Source: an uncultured Alphaproteobacteria bacterium | GTDB taxonomy: Bacteria > Pseudomonadota > Alphaproteobacteria > ATCC43930 > CGMCC-115725 | NCBI GenBank assembly: GCA_963737875.1 | Contig: CAVTUM010000002.1 | Span: 56,847 to 120,846 of the forward strand | Length of the DNA: 64,000 nucleotides | Direction: 5' to 3' | In this document: one piece after another, positions 11,918 through 21,797 of the stretch | Layout of the letters: each line of letters begins with the position of its first letter | Numbering within the stretch: position 1 is the first letter of the stretch | The notes under the pieces: model-generated | Told to the model about the DNA's origin: nothing | The model's database searches: none | The model's input: the letters and a program-made list of their open reading frames with translations, nothing else | Translations under genes and position numbers: made by a program

Positions 11918-12484
11918 GTGCCGAGCGGGACGAGCTGGGTCTTTCATCTGCCGCACTCGCCGACGGCTGACGCAAGCCGCCACCCTCTCCAGCGGTGCGG
12001 AGAGGGAATTGAGACTCCCGCCACCACCGCCGATCTGGAAGCGCGGCGGGCGGCGCGGCGCTATCCCGACCGGCCGATCGTCGCCGTGCTCGCCGTCGTG
12101 TTGCGCGACAACCGGGCGTTGATCGTGCAGCGGGCGCAGCAGCCGAATGCCGGGCGCTGGGGGTTTCCGGGCGGGGTGCTCGAACTCGGCGAGACCGTCG
12201 CCGAGGGGGCGATGCGCGAATTGCTGGAGGAGACCGGCATCGTCGCCGAGCCGGCCGGCTGGCTCAATGTCGCCGACGCGATCAGCCGCGACGCCGACGG
12301 CCGCGTGCAGTTTCATTACATGCTGATCGCGGTGCGCGGCATCTGGCGGTCGGGCGACGGCGTCGCCGCCGACGATGCCGCCGACTGCGCCTGGGTCAGC
12401 CGCGACGACATCGTCGCCGGCCGTTACCCGACCTTCCCGACCCTCCTGCCACTGTTCGACATGGCGCTGAAAGCCGCCGGATAG
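11918..12484 (+). CDS. NUDIX hydrolase
   Basis: Nudix box GGVLELGETVAEGAMRELLEETGI; true start probably downstream of the ORF-track Met (uncertain). Confidence 0.75.
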   Translation: MPSGTSWVFHLPHSPTADASRHPLQRCGEGIETPATTADLEARRAARRYPDRPIVAVLAVVLRDNRALIVQRAQQPNAGRWGFPGGVLELGETVAEGAMRELLEETGIVAEPAGWLNVADAISRDADGRVQFHYMLIAVRGIWRSGDGVAADDAADCAWVSRDDIVAGRYPTFPTLLPLFDMALKAAG

Positions 12485-12493
12485 GCCCCTCGC

Positions 12494-12604
12494 ATGCCCT
12501 CGCGTTTGTTTTCGCCGATCACCCTCGGCGGCGGCACCTTCGACAACCGCATCGCCGTGTCGCCAATGTGCCAGTACAGCGCGATCGACCGGCGCCCGCC
12601 TTAA
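12494..12604 (+). pseudogene. Remnant (first 36 codons) of NADH:flavin oxidoreductase / Old Yellow Enzyme family gene
   Basis: MPSRLFSPITLGGGTFDNRIAVSPMCQYSAIDRRPP* matches the conserved OYE N-terminus (LFSPxTLxxxTLxNRIxxxPMCQYSA); rest of gene absent, convergent gene stop at 12621. Confidence 0.6.
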
Positions 12605-12620
12605 AGGCTGACTTTCCCTC

Positions 12621-13532
12621 TCACGCCACCGCCTGCTTCTTCGCCTCCCGTGCGGCGATCGCCGCCTCGCGCGCCAGGAGGATTTTGGCGCGTTCGACGA
12701 CCGGCACGTCGATCATCTTGCCATCGAGGGTGACGGCGCCGACGCCTTCGGCGAGCGCCTTGTCATAGGCGGCGACAGAACGTTGGGCATGGTCGACTTC
12801 CGTCGGGGTGGCGCGGAACTCCTCGTTGAGGATCTGGACCTGGCTCGGGTGGATCACGCTGGCGCCGAGAAAGCCGAGCCGGCGCGAACGGCGGATCGTT
12901 TCGCGGAAGCCCTCGAGGTCGTGGAATTCGGCGACGGTGCCGACAAACCCGAGCGGCATGATGCCGGCCGCCCTGGCGGCGAGGATCGCCATCTGTTTCG
13001 GCATGAAGAGGCCCTCCGCTTCGGGCAGCATGCCGGCCGACAGCGCGAAATCCTCGGCCCCGAGATTGAGGCCGACGAGACGCGGGCTGGCCTTGGCGAT
13101 TTCGGCGATGCGAAAGAAGGCCGAGGCGGTCTCGACCATCGCCAGCATCTTGGTGGTGCCGACCGGCATCCCACGTTCCGCCTCCAACTCATCGATGATC
13201 TCGGCGACGAGCTGGACATGCTCGGGGCTTTCCGCCTTGGGGAGCGAGACGCAGTGCACACCCGGCCCGATCACCGCTTCGAGATCGCGCACCGTCATCC
13301 GCATCGGCCGGTTGAGCCGCACGACGACATCAGCGCCGCCGCGCGACACGATCTTCGCCGCCTCGGGCACCAGCGTGCGGGCGCGGTCCTTCTCCGAGGC
13401 CGCAACCGCATCCTCAAGGTCGAGGATGATGGCGTCCGCGCCGCGCCGGGCCGCGCCATCGACAAAACGCTGCGCCGTCACCGGTACAAACAGCATCGAG
13501 CGCCATACGGGTAGGGTTTTGATTTCCATCAT
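12621..13532 (-). CDS. HpcH/HpaI aldolase / citrate lyase beta-subunit-like (CitE family) protein
   Basis: 303 aa; RSMLFVPV start motif, ILDLEDAV, and C-terminal region typical of CitE/malyl-CoA lyase family. Confidence 0.85.
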   Translation of the reverse strand: MMEIKTLPVWRSMLFVPVTAQRFVDGAARRGADAIILDLEDAVAASEKDRARTLVPEAAKIVSRGGADVVVRLNRPMRMTVRDLEAVIGPGVHCVSLPKAESPEHVQLVAEIIDELEAERGMPVGTTKMLAMVETASAFFRIAEIAKASPRLVGLNLGAEDFALSAGMLPEAEGLFMPKQMAILAARAAGIMPLGFVGTVAEFHDLEGFRETIRRSRRLGFLGASVIHPSQVQILNEEFRATPTEVDHAQRSVAAYDKALAEGVGAVTLDGKMIDVPVVERAKILLAREAAIAAREAKKQAVA

Positions 13533-13882
13533 ATCCTCTGATCCAGAGTGACCGGTGCGCTCGCTAATTTCAGATATCGGTCTGTGTTAGCTTCGCTACG
13601 CGCTTTTGGAATTTGCCCGGCAAATCTGTCCACGTTTCCAGCAGATAAAAGGAACCAGCAGATAACGAGCGCTTTCGAGACGACGGTGCTTCCTTATAGA
13701 TATTAAATTCATCTGCGCACCCTTTCGACGCGGGTCCGCATATATGACGTGACCAGAGCAGGAATAAGTATAACTTACTGCAAGTCCATGCTGCTGCGTC
13801 TCGAAGCCCATTTGGGCCAGCGTTTGCTCGACCAGAGGTATTTCCGTTAAGTCTCGAATTCATGGAAGAGAAACAGGCTTTT

Positions 13883-14098
13883 CTAATCAATCAGTTCTGA
13901 CTTCCTATTCGGGGCAAGGACGAACTGTTTTTCAATCTTCCGCCGCTGCGCTTTAAGAGCATTATCTCTAATTCGTTCTTCATCAAATTGCTTGTTTCTT
14001 TGTGCGATGGCCTCTTCCCATCGACGCATCCCATCGTGCAATTCGCTACTGCCTCTTTGTTCTTGTGTATTTTGCCCAAGGAGGCGGGATGCAACCAT
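13883..14098 (-). CDS. Hypothetical basic coiled-coil protein in AT-rich islet
   Basis: 71 aa; RRWEEAIAQRNKQFDEERIRDNALKAQRRKIEKQ; low GC; may be the C-terminal part of the upstream ORF. Confidence 0.3.
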   Translation of the reverse strand: MVASRLLGQNTQEQRGSSELHDGMRRWEEAIAQRNKQFDEERIRDNALKAQRRKIEKQFVLAPNRKSELID

Positions 14099-14372
14099 TT
14101 GCAGAGCGCCACGGATTTATTTCATCTTCTGCGTATATTTCACCCCGATGAGAATAACTGATACGTTTGACGTTTTCGGGATCGTCGCACCATGGATTTA
14201 CCGTCAGAATAGCCTCCAGATGCGGCGCATGGCCGGCGACATCATCGTAATTTTTGGACGATTTTATAAATTCCAAGGCTTGAGAGAGGATTTCGTATGG
14301 CTTTCCGGCTCCCCGGGTCACGCGCATCAAATTCGCAGTCAACTCAATCAGGGTATATTCTACGCGGTGCAT
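14046..14372 (-). CDS. Hypothetical protein in AT-rich islet (no recognisable family)
   Basis: 108-aa ORF in a ~45% GC segment; MHRVEYTLIELTANLMRVTRGAGKPYEILSQALEFIKSSKNYDDVAGHAPHLEAIL...; overlaps next ORF by 52 nt (possible frameshifted fusion). Confidence 0.35.
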   Translation of the reverse strand: MHRVEYTLIELTANLMRVTRGAGKPYEILSQALEFIKSSKNYDDVAGHAPHLEAILTVNPWCDDPENVKRISYSHRGEIYAEDEINPWRSANGCIPPPWAKYTRTKRQ

Positions 14373-14467
14373 CGCTCTTTAATGAGCAGTTCGCGCTCGG
14401 AATTATTGGCGACTAATTCCATCTCCTAAACCTCCTTTGGTCTATCTCCTAAGGACCTAGTTGCGCA

Positions 14468-15740
14468 CTATAGATTTGAACTTTCTCCGGCAACGGGTGA
14501 TTTGTCAGCGTGCGAGCCAACTCTGATCACGCCGTCGCGCGCTAGTTCATCGAGCATGTCGCGGTCGATTCCGAACTGGCCGAGGATTTCGGCGGTGTGC
14601 TGGCCGAGATCGGGGGCCGGGGTGCGCAGGTGGCCGGGGGTGTCGCCGAGGCGCGGGATGATGTTGTGCATCGTGATCGTACCGAGCTGCGCGTCGGGCA
14701 CATCGACGACGATCTCGCGCTCCTGGACATGCGGATCGGCGAGGAACTGGTCGATGTCGTAGACCGGGGCGGCGGTGACCTCGGCGGCGGCGAAGGCCGC
14801 CATGTTTTCGTCGAGGGTGCGGGCGGCGATAAAGGCGACGATCGGCGCCTCGGTTTCCTCCGCGTTCTTCACCCGGTCGGTGTTGGTACGAAAGCGCGGG
14901 TCTTTCAGCATATCGGGGTGACCGATGGCGCGGAACAGGCGCTCCGACATCGCCTGGATCGAGGCCGAGATGCCGATATAGCGGCCGTCCTTGGTGCGGA
15001 ACACATTGCGCGGCGAGGTGGTTTCCGAACGGCTGCCGGTGCGCGGCCGGATCGCGCCGGTCAGGTTGTAGATCGGCGCCTCGGTGGCGATGAACGAGTA
15101 CAGCGGGTCGAGCAGTGGAAGATCAATCACCTGTCCCCTGCCGCCCGCGACCTCGACCTGGCGCAACGCGACCATCACCGAAAACGCGCCGTAGAGGCCG
15201 GCGACCATGTCGGCGAGCGCGGTCGGCGGCAATACCGGCTCGCGGTCGGCGAACCCGGTGCGCGCGGCATAGCCCGACATGCTCTCGACCAAGGTGCCAA
15301 AACCGGGCCGGTCGCTGTAGGGACCGCTCTGCCCCCAGCCGGAGACGCGTACGATCACGAGGCCGCGGGTTGCGTTCATGCAGCGCGGCCGGGGCGAGGC
15401 CCATCTTTTCGAGCGTGCCCGGGCGGAAATTCTCGATCAGCACCTGGGCCGACGCGATCAGGTCCCGCAAAGCGGCGAGGCCGCGTCTGTCGCGCGGGTT
15501 CAGCGCGACGCTCTTCTTATTGCGGGCATAAAGCTTCCAGTGGACGCTGACACCGTCGGTCTGCCACGCGCGCAGCGGGTCGCCCTTTTGCGGGTCTTCG
15601 ATCTTGATGACCTCTGCGCCGAAATCGGCGAGCTGCGAGGTCACCGCGTTGCCGGCGACAAGGCGCGACAGGTCGACGACGCGGATGCCGTCGAGCGGGC
15701 AGGGCGCGGCGGGGTCAAACGATTTCGCCGACACACTCAT
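14468..15740 (-). CDS. CoA transferase family III (CaiB/BaiF-like), one +1 frameshift near 15357
   Basis: N-terminal half [31 protein letters not shown]...ALHERNP (ORF 15123..15740) continues as [27 protein letters not shown] (ORF 14468..15379) after deleting one C in CCGCGG. Confidence 0.85.
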
Positions 15741-15940
15741 GTCCTCACACTCATGGGCTCTTCACATTCATTGGGGGTTTCCACCGCCCGACCGGGCGCC
15801 GGGATCGGGCCACAAAACCGCGGCGCATGGCAATCCCGCAATCGCCTATGGGCATATTCCGGCACGGCCGGCTTCACAGGAAGCCGTTAAGGTGCTACAT
15901 ACCGCGCCTTCACACGCGCCAACCACGCCGAGAGATACAA

Positions 15941-16144
15941 GTGCAAGTCCTCGTTCGCGACAACAACGTTGATCAGGCCCTCAGGGCCCTCAAGAAGAAA
16001 ATGCAGCGCGAAGGCGTGTTCCGGGAAATGAAGCTCCGTCGCAACTATGAAAAGCCGTCGGAGCGGCGGGCGCGCGAAAAGGCCGAGGCGGTGCGCCGCT
16101 ATCGCAAACTGCTGCGCAAGCGCATGGAGCGCGAGGGCTACTAG
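15941..16144 (+). CDS. rpsU: 30S ribosomal protein S21
   Basis: [60 protein letters not shown]; GTG start at 15941. Confidence 0.9.
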   Translation: MQVLVRDNNVDQALRALKKKMQREGVFREMKLRRNYEKPSERRAREKAEAVRRYRKLLRKRMEREGY

Positions 16145-16165
16145 GCCCGCCCCCTACCGGCGGCT

Positions 16166-18136
16166 CTATTCGTCGGGCATGCCGGCCTTCCGCAGCCCGA
16201 CATCGACGGTTTTTTCCGCGAGAACCCGATAAGCCGGGTTGTTGGTATAAGCCCAGCGGGCGCGCTGGCGGCTCATCGAGTTGATTTCCGGCTTCAGCTT
16301 CAAGGACTGGGCGAGCGCGGCCTGCGCCGGCTTCAGATCGCCTTTCAGGGCCTCTGCCGCGGCGAGGTCGAGATAGAAATAATAGACCCGCGGGTTGGCG
16401 GCGCATGCCTTGGCGAACAGCTCGATCGCCGGGTCAATGTGGCCGAGCAGCAGATGCGCGAGGCCGAGCGACCAATAGGCGAGCGCGATATTCGGGTCGT
16501 TCGGGTTGAGCCGGATGCGCTTTTCCTCGAGCGGGATCGCGGCGGCCGGCTCGCCGAGATAGATCAGCGTCAGCCCGAGCTGGCCGTAGGCGATCGCATT
16601 GTTGGGATCGAGTTCGATCGCGCGTTCGAGTTCGATGCGTGATTCGGGGAGGCGGTCCTGGACCCGCCGCAACAGCGCAATCGTCGTGTGCAGCTGCGAG
16701 CGGTTCGGGTCGCGCGCCAGCAGGTCACTCAGCAGCGCATCGGCTCTGGCCTCGTCCTTTTCCGGCTCCCCGCTGGTGCCGCCCGCGAGGCTCACGACCA
16801 GCACCGACGCGATGCCGAGCTTTGCGTCATAGGATTTCGGATCGATTTCCAGCGCCTGCTCAAACGCCTTGCGCGCGGCGTCGCGGCTCTCGGCTGCCTG
16901 GGCGCGCTGGTACAGCGCCCAGCCGCGCATCACCAAATCCTGCACGTCCGGGTTGACCGCCCCCTCCTGCTCGATCTTGCGCCCGGCCGCCTGCACCAGT
17001 TCGAGGTTGAGGGTGCGCGCGAGACGGCCGGTGATCTCGCGCTGGGCCTCGCCGAGGTTGCTCCGATCGGTCTCGAACCGGTCGGCCCAGACATGCGCGC
17101 CGCTGCTGGTGTCGATCAGCTGCACGTTGACCTGCACCTGTTCGCCGAGCCGCCGCACGCTGCCTTCGAGCACGTAATGCACGCCGAGGTCGCGGCCGAG
17201 CTGCTTCACATCGACCGAGATGCCCTTATAGGTAAAGGCGGTGTTGCGCGCGATCACAAAGCTGCCAGCGATGCGCGACAGATCGGTCGTCAGATCCTCG
17301 GTGATGGCGTCGGCGAAATAATCCTGGTCGGGATTGTGCGACAGGTTCTCGAACGGCAGCACAATGATCGACAGGCGCGGCGAACTCGGTGCTGTCGGAA
17401 TGCTGACGCCGGCCACGACCGCGGCATTTGGCTCCGCAACGATGGCGAGACTGCGGTCGAACCGCAGCCAGGCACCGATCCCCGCAAAAACGGCGATCGC
17501 GATCAGGATCGTCGCGGCCAGCCGCTCATAACCGCCGGCGCCGGCGCGGCTGCGTGGGCGCGCGGCGGGCGCCGCGACCAGTTCGGTCGCGGCGATCGCC
17601 TCGCGCGACATTGCATAGACGCGTAATGGCCGGGCGAGGTTTTTGACGAGCTGTTCGCCGCGGTCGTCGAACGCATAGGGCAGGCGGTCGCGGACCTGGT
17701 CGTGCACGGTGCCGGCGACGCACAGGCCGCCCGGCTCGGCCAGCGCCTCGAGCCGGGCTGCGATGTTGACGCCATCGCCGAAGATGTCCTGCTCCTCGAC
17801 GATGATGTCGCCGAGGTTGAGGCCCATGCGAAATTCGATGCGCCGGGCAGGTGGCACCGCAATATTGCGCTCGGCGATGCCGCGCTGCATCTCGACGGCC
17901 GAGCGCACCGCCTCGACGACGCTGGGGAATTCGACCAGAAAACCATCGCCGGTGGTCTTGACAATGCGGCCGGCGTGTTCGGCGATCTTCGGATCGCTGA
18001 CCTCACGGCGGATCGCGCGCAGCGCCGCCAGCGTGCGTTCTTCGTCTTCCTCCATCAACCGTGAGTAGCCGACGACGTCCGCCGCCAACACCGCGGCAAG
18101 CCGCCGCCGGGCCCGTTCCCGCCCCGCTGTGCGCAT
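16166..18136 (-). CDS. Adenylate/guanylate cyclase (class III CHD) fused to membrane anchor and TPR repeats
   Basis: 656 aa; LAAVLAADVVGYSRLMEEDEERTL...KTTGDGFLVEFPS cyclase domain; central TM segment; C-terminal TPR-like repeats. Confidence 0.85.
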   Translation of the reverse strand: MRTAGRERARRRLAAVLAADVVGYSRLMEEDEERTLAALRAIRREVSDPKIAEHAGRIVKTTGDGFLVEFPSVVEAVRSAVEMQRGIAERNIAVPPARRIEFRMGLNLGDIIVEEQDIFGDGVNIAARLEALAEPGGLCVAGTVHDQVRDRLPYAFDDRGEQLVKNLARPLRVYAMSREAIAATELVAAPAARPRSRAGAGGYERLAATILIAIAVFAGIGAWLRFDRSLAIVAEPNAAVVAGVSIPTAPSSPRLSIIVLPFENLSHNPDQDYFADAITEDLTTDLSRIAGSFVIARNTAFTYKGISVDVKQLGRDLGVHYVLEGSVRRLGEQVQVNVQLIDTSSGAHVWADRFETDRSNLGEAQREITGRLARTLNLELVQAAGRKIEQEGAVNPDVQDLVMRGWALYQRAQAAESRDAARKAFEQALEIDPKSYDAKLGIASVLVVSLAGGTSGEPEKDEARADALLSDLLARDPNRSQLHTTIALLRRVQDRLPESRIELERAIELDPNNAIAYGQLGLTLIYLGEPAAAIPLEEKRIRLNPNDPNIALAYWSLGLAHLLLGHIDPAIELFAKACAANPRVYYFYLDLAAAEALKGDLKPAQAALAQSLKLKPEINSMSRQRARWAYTNNPAYRVLAEKTVDVGLRKAGMPDE

Positions 18137-18232
18137 GCCGGCGATGGTACTACGGGCCGTGTTACGGCGACAGCAACAACTCTGTGAGGCGCGCCACCGC
18201 GCCGCCGCGGTAAACGCAGAACGCGCAACGCC

Positions 18233-19825
18233 TTACTGGTCGAGCCACACATCCTCGAAATGCCAGCCATTGTAGATGCTGTTGACCGGCAGGTTGACGC
18301 CCTTGACGCGCGGGTGCCAGCAGGTCGCGGTGCGGCTGTAGTACATCGTGATGCGCGCGCCTTCCTCTTCGAGCTGCTTTTGGATGTCCCACACCATCTG
18401 CTTGCGTTTCGCCTGATCGGATTCCTCCGACTGGCGAAGGAAGGCGGCGTCCATCTCCTTGCTGCAATAGCCGGTATAGTTGCGGTCGGAGCCGCAGCCA
18501 TAGCTTTCGCCGAACAGCGCGTCGGGGTCATCGACGCTGCGCTCCGTCAGGTTATAGGCGATCGAAAAATCCTTGCGCGCCAGTTTGGGATACCACTGCG
18601 CCGTTTCGACCGGGTCAAGTTCGCCGGAGATATAGATCTGCTTGAGCTGGTCGGTCAGCGCGACCGCGGTATCGCGGAACACCGGCACGTTGCGCACCAT
18701 GACCTTGACCGGCAACGGCTTGTCCGGCCCGTAGCCGAGCTTTGCCATGATCGCGCGTGCCTCGGCGCGGTTCTTTTCGACATCGGTGCCATAGCCCGGC
18801 AGCGTTTGCAGGATGTCGGGCGGCAGGCCCCACAGCCCGTCAGGCGGGGTCAGCATCGCGGCGCCGATCGTCCCCTGCCCGTCGGTCAGCATGTTGATCA
18901 GCGCGTGCCGGTCAAGGCTCAGCGCGACGGCGCGGCGCAGTTGCGGGTTGTCGAAGGGCGGTGCGGTCTGGTTCAGCAACACGTTGGTGCCATTGGTCGG
19001 GCGGGCTTGGCAGACCGCATCGGGCGCCTCGCCCTTGACCTGCTTTACCAGCGGCATCGTCACCTGATAGGGGAAGGTCATGTCGAACTTGCCGGCGACA
19101 AAGGCGAGGATCGCGGTCGAGCGGTTCGCGATGATCGTGTACTCGATGCCGTCGAGATAAGGCCGGCCCGGCTTCCAGTAATCCGGGTTCTTGACCAGCT
19201 TGATCGACTCGTTTGGCTTGAATTCGACAAACTTGAACGGGCCGGTGCCGATCGGGTGCTGGCGCATCGTCGCCGGCGGCACGTGGCACGGATAGACCGG
19301 CGACAGGCTGGAGGCGAACAATGTCAGCAGGGCCGGCTGCGGCCGCTTCAGCGTAAAGACCGCCTCGGTGTCGCTCGGCGCCGTGACATCGGCGACGTTC
19401 TCCCACCAGGTCTTGCGCGGGTTGATGCGCAGCTTGGCGCTGCCCCTGCCAAGCAGCAAATCCCAGGTGCATTTGACGTCGGCCGCGGTAAACGGTTTGC
19501 CATCATGCCATTTGACGCCGTCGCGCAGTTTGAAGCGCAGTTCCTTGCCGTCGGCGCTCCATTGCCAGCTTGTCGCGAGTTCGGGGATGACCGATTGCAG
19601 GCTCTCGTGCGGCACCTTCGGGTCGAACACGACGAGGGTGTTGAACACCCCGGTTATCGGGATGACGGTCGAGATCGTCGCCTCTTCGAGGATCGACATG
19701 CTGGCCGGGCTGTCGCGATGATAGAGCTTGAGGATGCCGCCGGGCTTTTGCGCCAGCGCCGGCAGCGTCACTGCCGCGAGGAAACCTACGGCCAACAGGG
19801 CCGCCTTCGACAATACGCGCATCAT
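18233..19825 (-). CDS. ABC transporter substrate-binding protein, family 5 (peptide/nickel/opine type)
   Basis: 530 aa with signal peptide MMRVLSKAALLAVGFLAAVTLPALA; SBP_bac_5 hallmarks (GGILKLY..., …WHDGKPFTAADV…). Confidence 0.9.
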   Translation of the reverse strand: MMRVLSKAALLAVGFLAAVTLPALAQKPGGILKLYHRDSPASMSILEEATISTVIPITGVFNTLVVFDPKVPHESLQSVIPELATSWQWSADGKELRFKLRDGVKWHDGKPFTAADVKCTWDLLLGRGSAKLRINPRKTWWENVADVTAPSDTEAVFTLKRPQPALLTLFASSLSPVYPCHVPPATMRQHPIGTGPFKFVEFKPNESIKLVKNPDYWKPGRPYLDGIEYTIIANRSTAILAFVAGKFDMTFPYQVTMPLVKQVKGEAPDAVCQARPTNGTNVLLNQTAPPFDNPQLRRAVALSLDRHALINMLTDGQGTIGAAMLTPPDGLWGLPPDILQTLPGYGTDVEKNRAEARAIMAKLGYGPDKPLPVKVMVRNVPVFRDTAVALTDQLKQIYISGELDPVETAQWYPKLARKDFSIAYNLTERSVDDPDALFGESYGCGSDRNYTGYCSKEMDAAFLRQSEESDQAKRKQMVWDIQKQLEEEGARITMYYSRTATCWHPRVKGVNLPVNSIYNGWHFEDVWLDQ

Positions 19826-19985
19826 TCTCTCTGCTGATTTTTGACAATAGGGAAGCTACAGGGCACCTGCCGGCATCATCCGCTCCGCCGGAATTTCGGG
19901 GCTGAGTTGGACTCGGCTTGGTCACCCTTCTTCATCGTCATCCCCGCGAAAGCGCATAGTCGCTAACCTTGAGGCAGATACTCCT

Positions 19986-20112
19986 CTTTCTGTCATTCCG
20001 GGGCCGAGCGGAGCGAGGAACCCGGAACCCAGGAACACGGACGGTGCCAAAAAGGCGAAGACGGTGTTCCTGGGTTCCGGGTTCAGCCCTGCGGGCTGCC
20101 CCGGAATGACAA
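19986..20112. repeat. Palindromic MITE-like repeat, family 3 (GTCATTCCGGGG...GGAACCCAGGAACACG...CGTGTTCCTGGGTTCC...CCCCGGAATGAC)
   Basis: Two nested inverted repeats; second copy at 63486-63607. Confidence 0.65.
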
Positions 20113-20163
20113 ATTGGGGTGCGGAAATGACGATGAAGTGGGAGCATCCAGGCAGATCGCGGT

Positions 20164-20832
20164 CTACGCGGCGGGCGTGCCCAGCACCTTCCGCAGAAAA
20201 TGCCCGCCGCGCTGGAGGCCGTCGCCGTCGATCGAATGCCCGATGCCCGGGCAGGCCAGCGTCTCGACCGGTACGCCGGCTTCGGTCAGCGCCGTCTCGG
20301 CGGTCGCCATCGAGGCGAACGGCACCATCGGGTCGTCGGTGCCGTGCACCAGCAGGACCGGCGGCCGCGAGCGGATTTCCTCTTGCAGCAGTTCCGGCGC
20401 GATCAACCGGCCGGAATAGCCGAGGATGCCGGCGAGCGGCTTGTCGCGGCGCAACCCGACAAACAGCGACATCATCGTGCCCTGCGAAAACCCGATCAGC
20501 ACCGCGTCGCTTTCGGTCAGCTCGCGCTTTTGCAATTCGTCGTCGATATAGGCGTTGAGGGTTGGCGCGGCGGCGCGCACTCCGGCCAGCACCGCAGGCG
20601 GGCTGCGGTCCGTCACACTGAACCACTGGTGGCCATAGGGCGCCATGTCACACGGAAACGGCGCGTTCGGCGACACGAACTCGGCCTCCGGCAACTCCCG
20701 TCCCCAATATTGCTGCAACCCGATCAGGTCGTCGCCGTCGGCGCCGAGGCCGTGCAGCAGGATCACCAGTTGGCTGGGTTTGCCGCCGGATACCGGCGGG
20801 CGGGAGGGACCGGACAGGGACATCATCGTCAT
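20164..20832 (-). CDS. Alpha/beta hydrolase, phospholipase/carboxylesterase family
   Basis: 222 aa; LVILLHGLGADGDDL, GFSQGTMMS nucleophile elbow, LLVHGTDDPMVPF. Confidence 0.8.
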   Translation of the reverse strand: MTMMSLSGPSRPPVSGGKPSQLVILLHGLGADGDDLIGLQQYWGRELPEAEFVSPNAPFPCDMAPYGHQWFSVTDRSPPAVLAGVRAAAPTLNAYIDDELQKRELTESDAVLIGFSQGTMMSLFVGLRRDKPLAGILGYSGRLIAPELLQEEIRSRPPVLLVHGTDDPMVPFASMATAETALTEAGVPVETLACPGIGHSIDGDGLQRGGHFLRKVLGTPAA

Positions 20833-20843
20833 AGCCTTTCTGC

Positions 20844-21632
20844 CTACTTCGCGCGGGCGAAATATTCCTCATAGGGAATGTCGTTGCTGATCAGCACGCC
20901 GCCATCGACATCGAGCGCGATGCCGGTGCACATGCGCGCCGCGTCGCTGGCGAGGAACAGCACCGCGTCGGCGATGTCCTCGGGCTCGACCATGCGGCCG
21001 AGCGGAATTTTCTTGGCGCGCTCCGCCTTGCGCTCAGCCGAGGGAACCTGGCCGCCGCCAAAGGCGGTCGCGGTCGGCCCCGGACAGACCGCGTTGACGC
21101 GGATATTGTCGGGCGCCAGTTCGTAGGCGGCATGCCGGGTCAGGCCAAGCAGCCCGGCCTTCGAGGCGCTGTAATTGGCGCCGCCGCCAAACGAGATGCG
21201 CCGCCCGGCGACCGAGGCGATGTTGACGATCGCCCCGCCACCGCGCTTTTTCATATGCGGAATGACCGCCTGGGTGCCGTGAAACGGGCCGCGCAGATTG
21301 ACCGCGAGAACACGGTCCCAGTCCGCCGCCGGCATCGCCGCGATCGTGGCCCGCGTGATTGTGCCAGCCGCGTTGACCAGCACGTCGATGCCGCCGGCCT
21401 GCCCGCCGATCTCGCCGGCCAGCCGCGTAAACGCCATCCCGTCCGACACATCGAGCGCATGCGCCGTGGCACCGCCGCCGATCTCCGCGGCGACCTGCTG
21501 CGCCGCCGCGCCGTCACGGTCGATGACCGCGACCCGCGCCCCGGCAGCAGCGAATTTGCGCGCGCTGGCGGCCCCGATCCCGTTGCCGCCCCCGGTCACC
21601 AGCACGATTTTCCCCGCAAAATCTGCCGCCAT
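20844..21632 (-). CDS. SDR family oxidoreductase
   Basis: KIVLVTGGGNGIGAAS (TGxxxGIG), NAAG, YSASKAG active-site motif. Confidence 0.9.
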   Translation of the reverse strand: MAADFAGKIVLVTGGGNGIGAASARKFAAAGARVAVIDRDGAAAQQVAAEIGGGATAHALDVSDGMAFTRLAGEIGGQAGGIDVLVNAAGTITRATIAAMPAADWDRVLAVNLRGPFHGTQAVIPHMKKRGGGAIVNIASVAGRRISFGGGANYSASKAGLLGLTRHAAYELAPDNIRVNAVCPGPTATAFGGGQVPSAERKAERAKKIPLGRMVEPEDIADAVLFLASDAARMCTGIALDVDGGVLISNDIPYEEYFARAK

Positions 21633-21687
21633 CTCTCGTACCCACAGATTTTATCGGTCGAGACTAGGGCGACATTCCGGCGAATGA

Positions 21688-21786
21688 AACCCGTCCCGAT
21701 CAGTACCGTAGGATGGGCTGAGCGCAGCGAAGCCCATCATCTTCTTCGGTGGCGCGGGGCCTATGATGGGCTTCGCTGCGCTCAGC
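21688..21786. repeat. Perfect 33-bp inverted repeat with 22-nt spacer (GTAGGATGGGCTGAGCGCAGCGAAGCCCATCAT); likely REP/terminator
   Basis: Arms are exact reverse complements; element lies between two co-directional minus-strand genes. Confidence 0.6.
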
Positions 21787-21797
21787 CCATCCTACAT

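Noticed and set aside
13570-13890. 106-aa ORF in the AT-rich islet
   Set aside because: Cys/Trp-rich, oddly composed product with no SD sequence. Kept only as a mention in the islet finding and not called as a gene.
14597-15550. 317-aa plus-strand ORF antisense to the CoA-transferase gene (similar cases: 16688-17626, 18260-19837, 43807-45012, 55214-56578, 61050-62366, 62077-63783)
   Set aside because: All are antisense to strongly supported genes and show Arg/Gly/Asp-rich low-complexity sequence.
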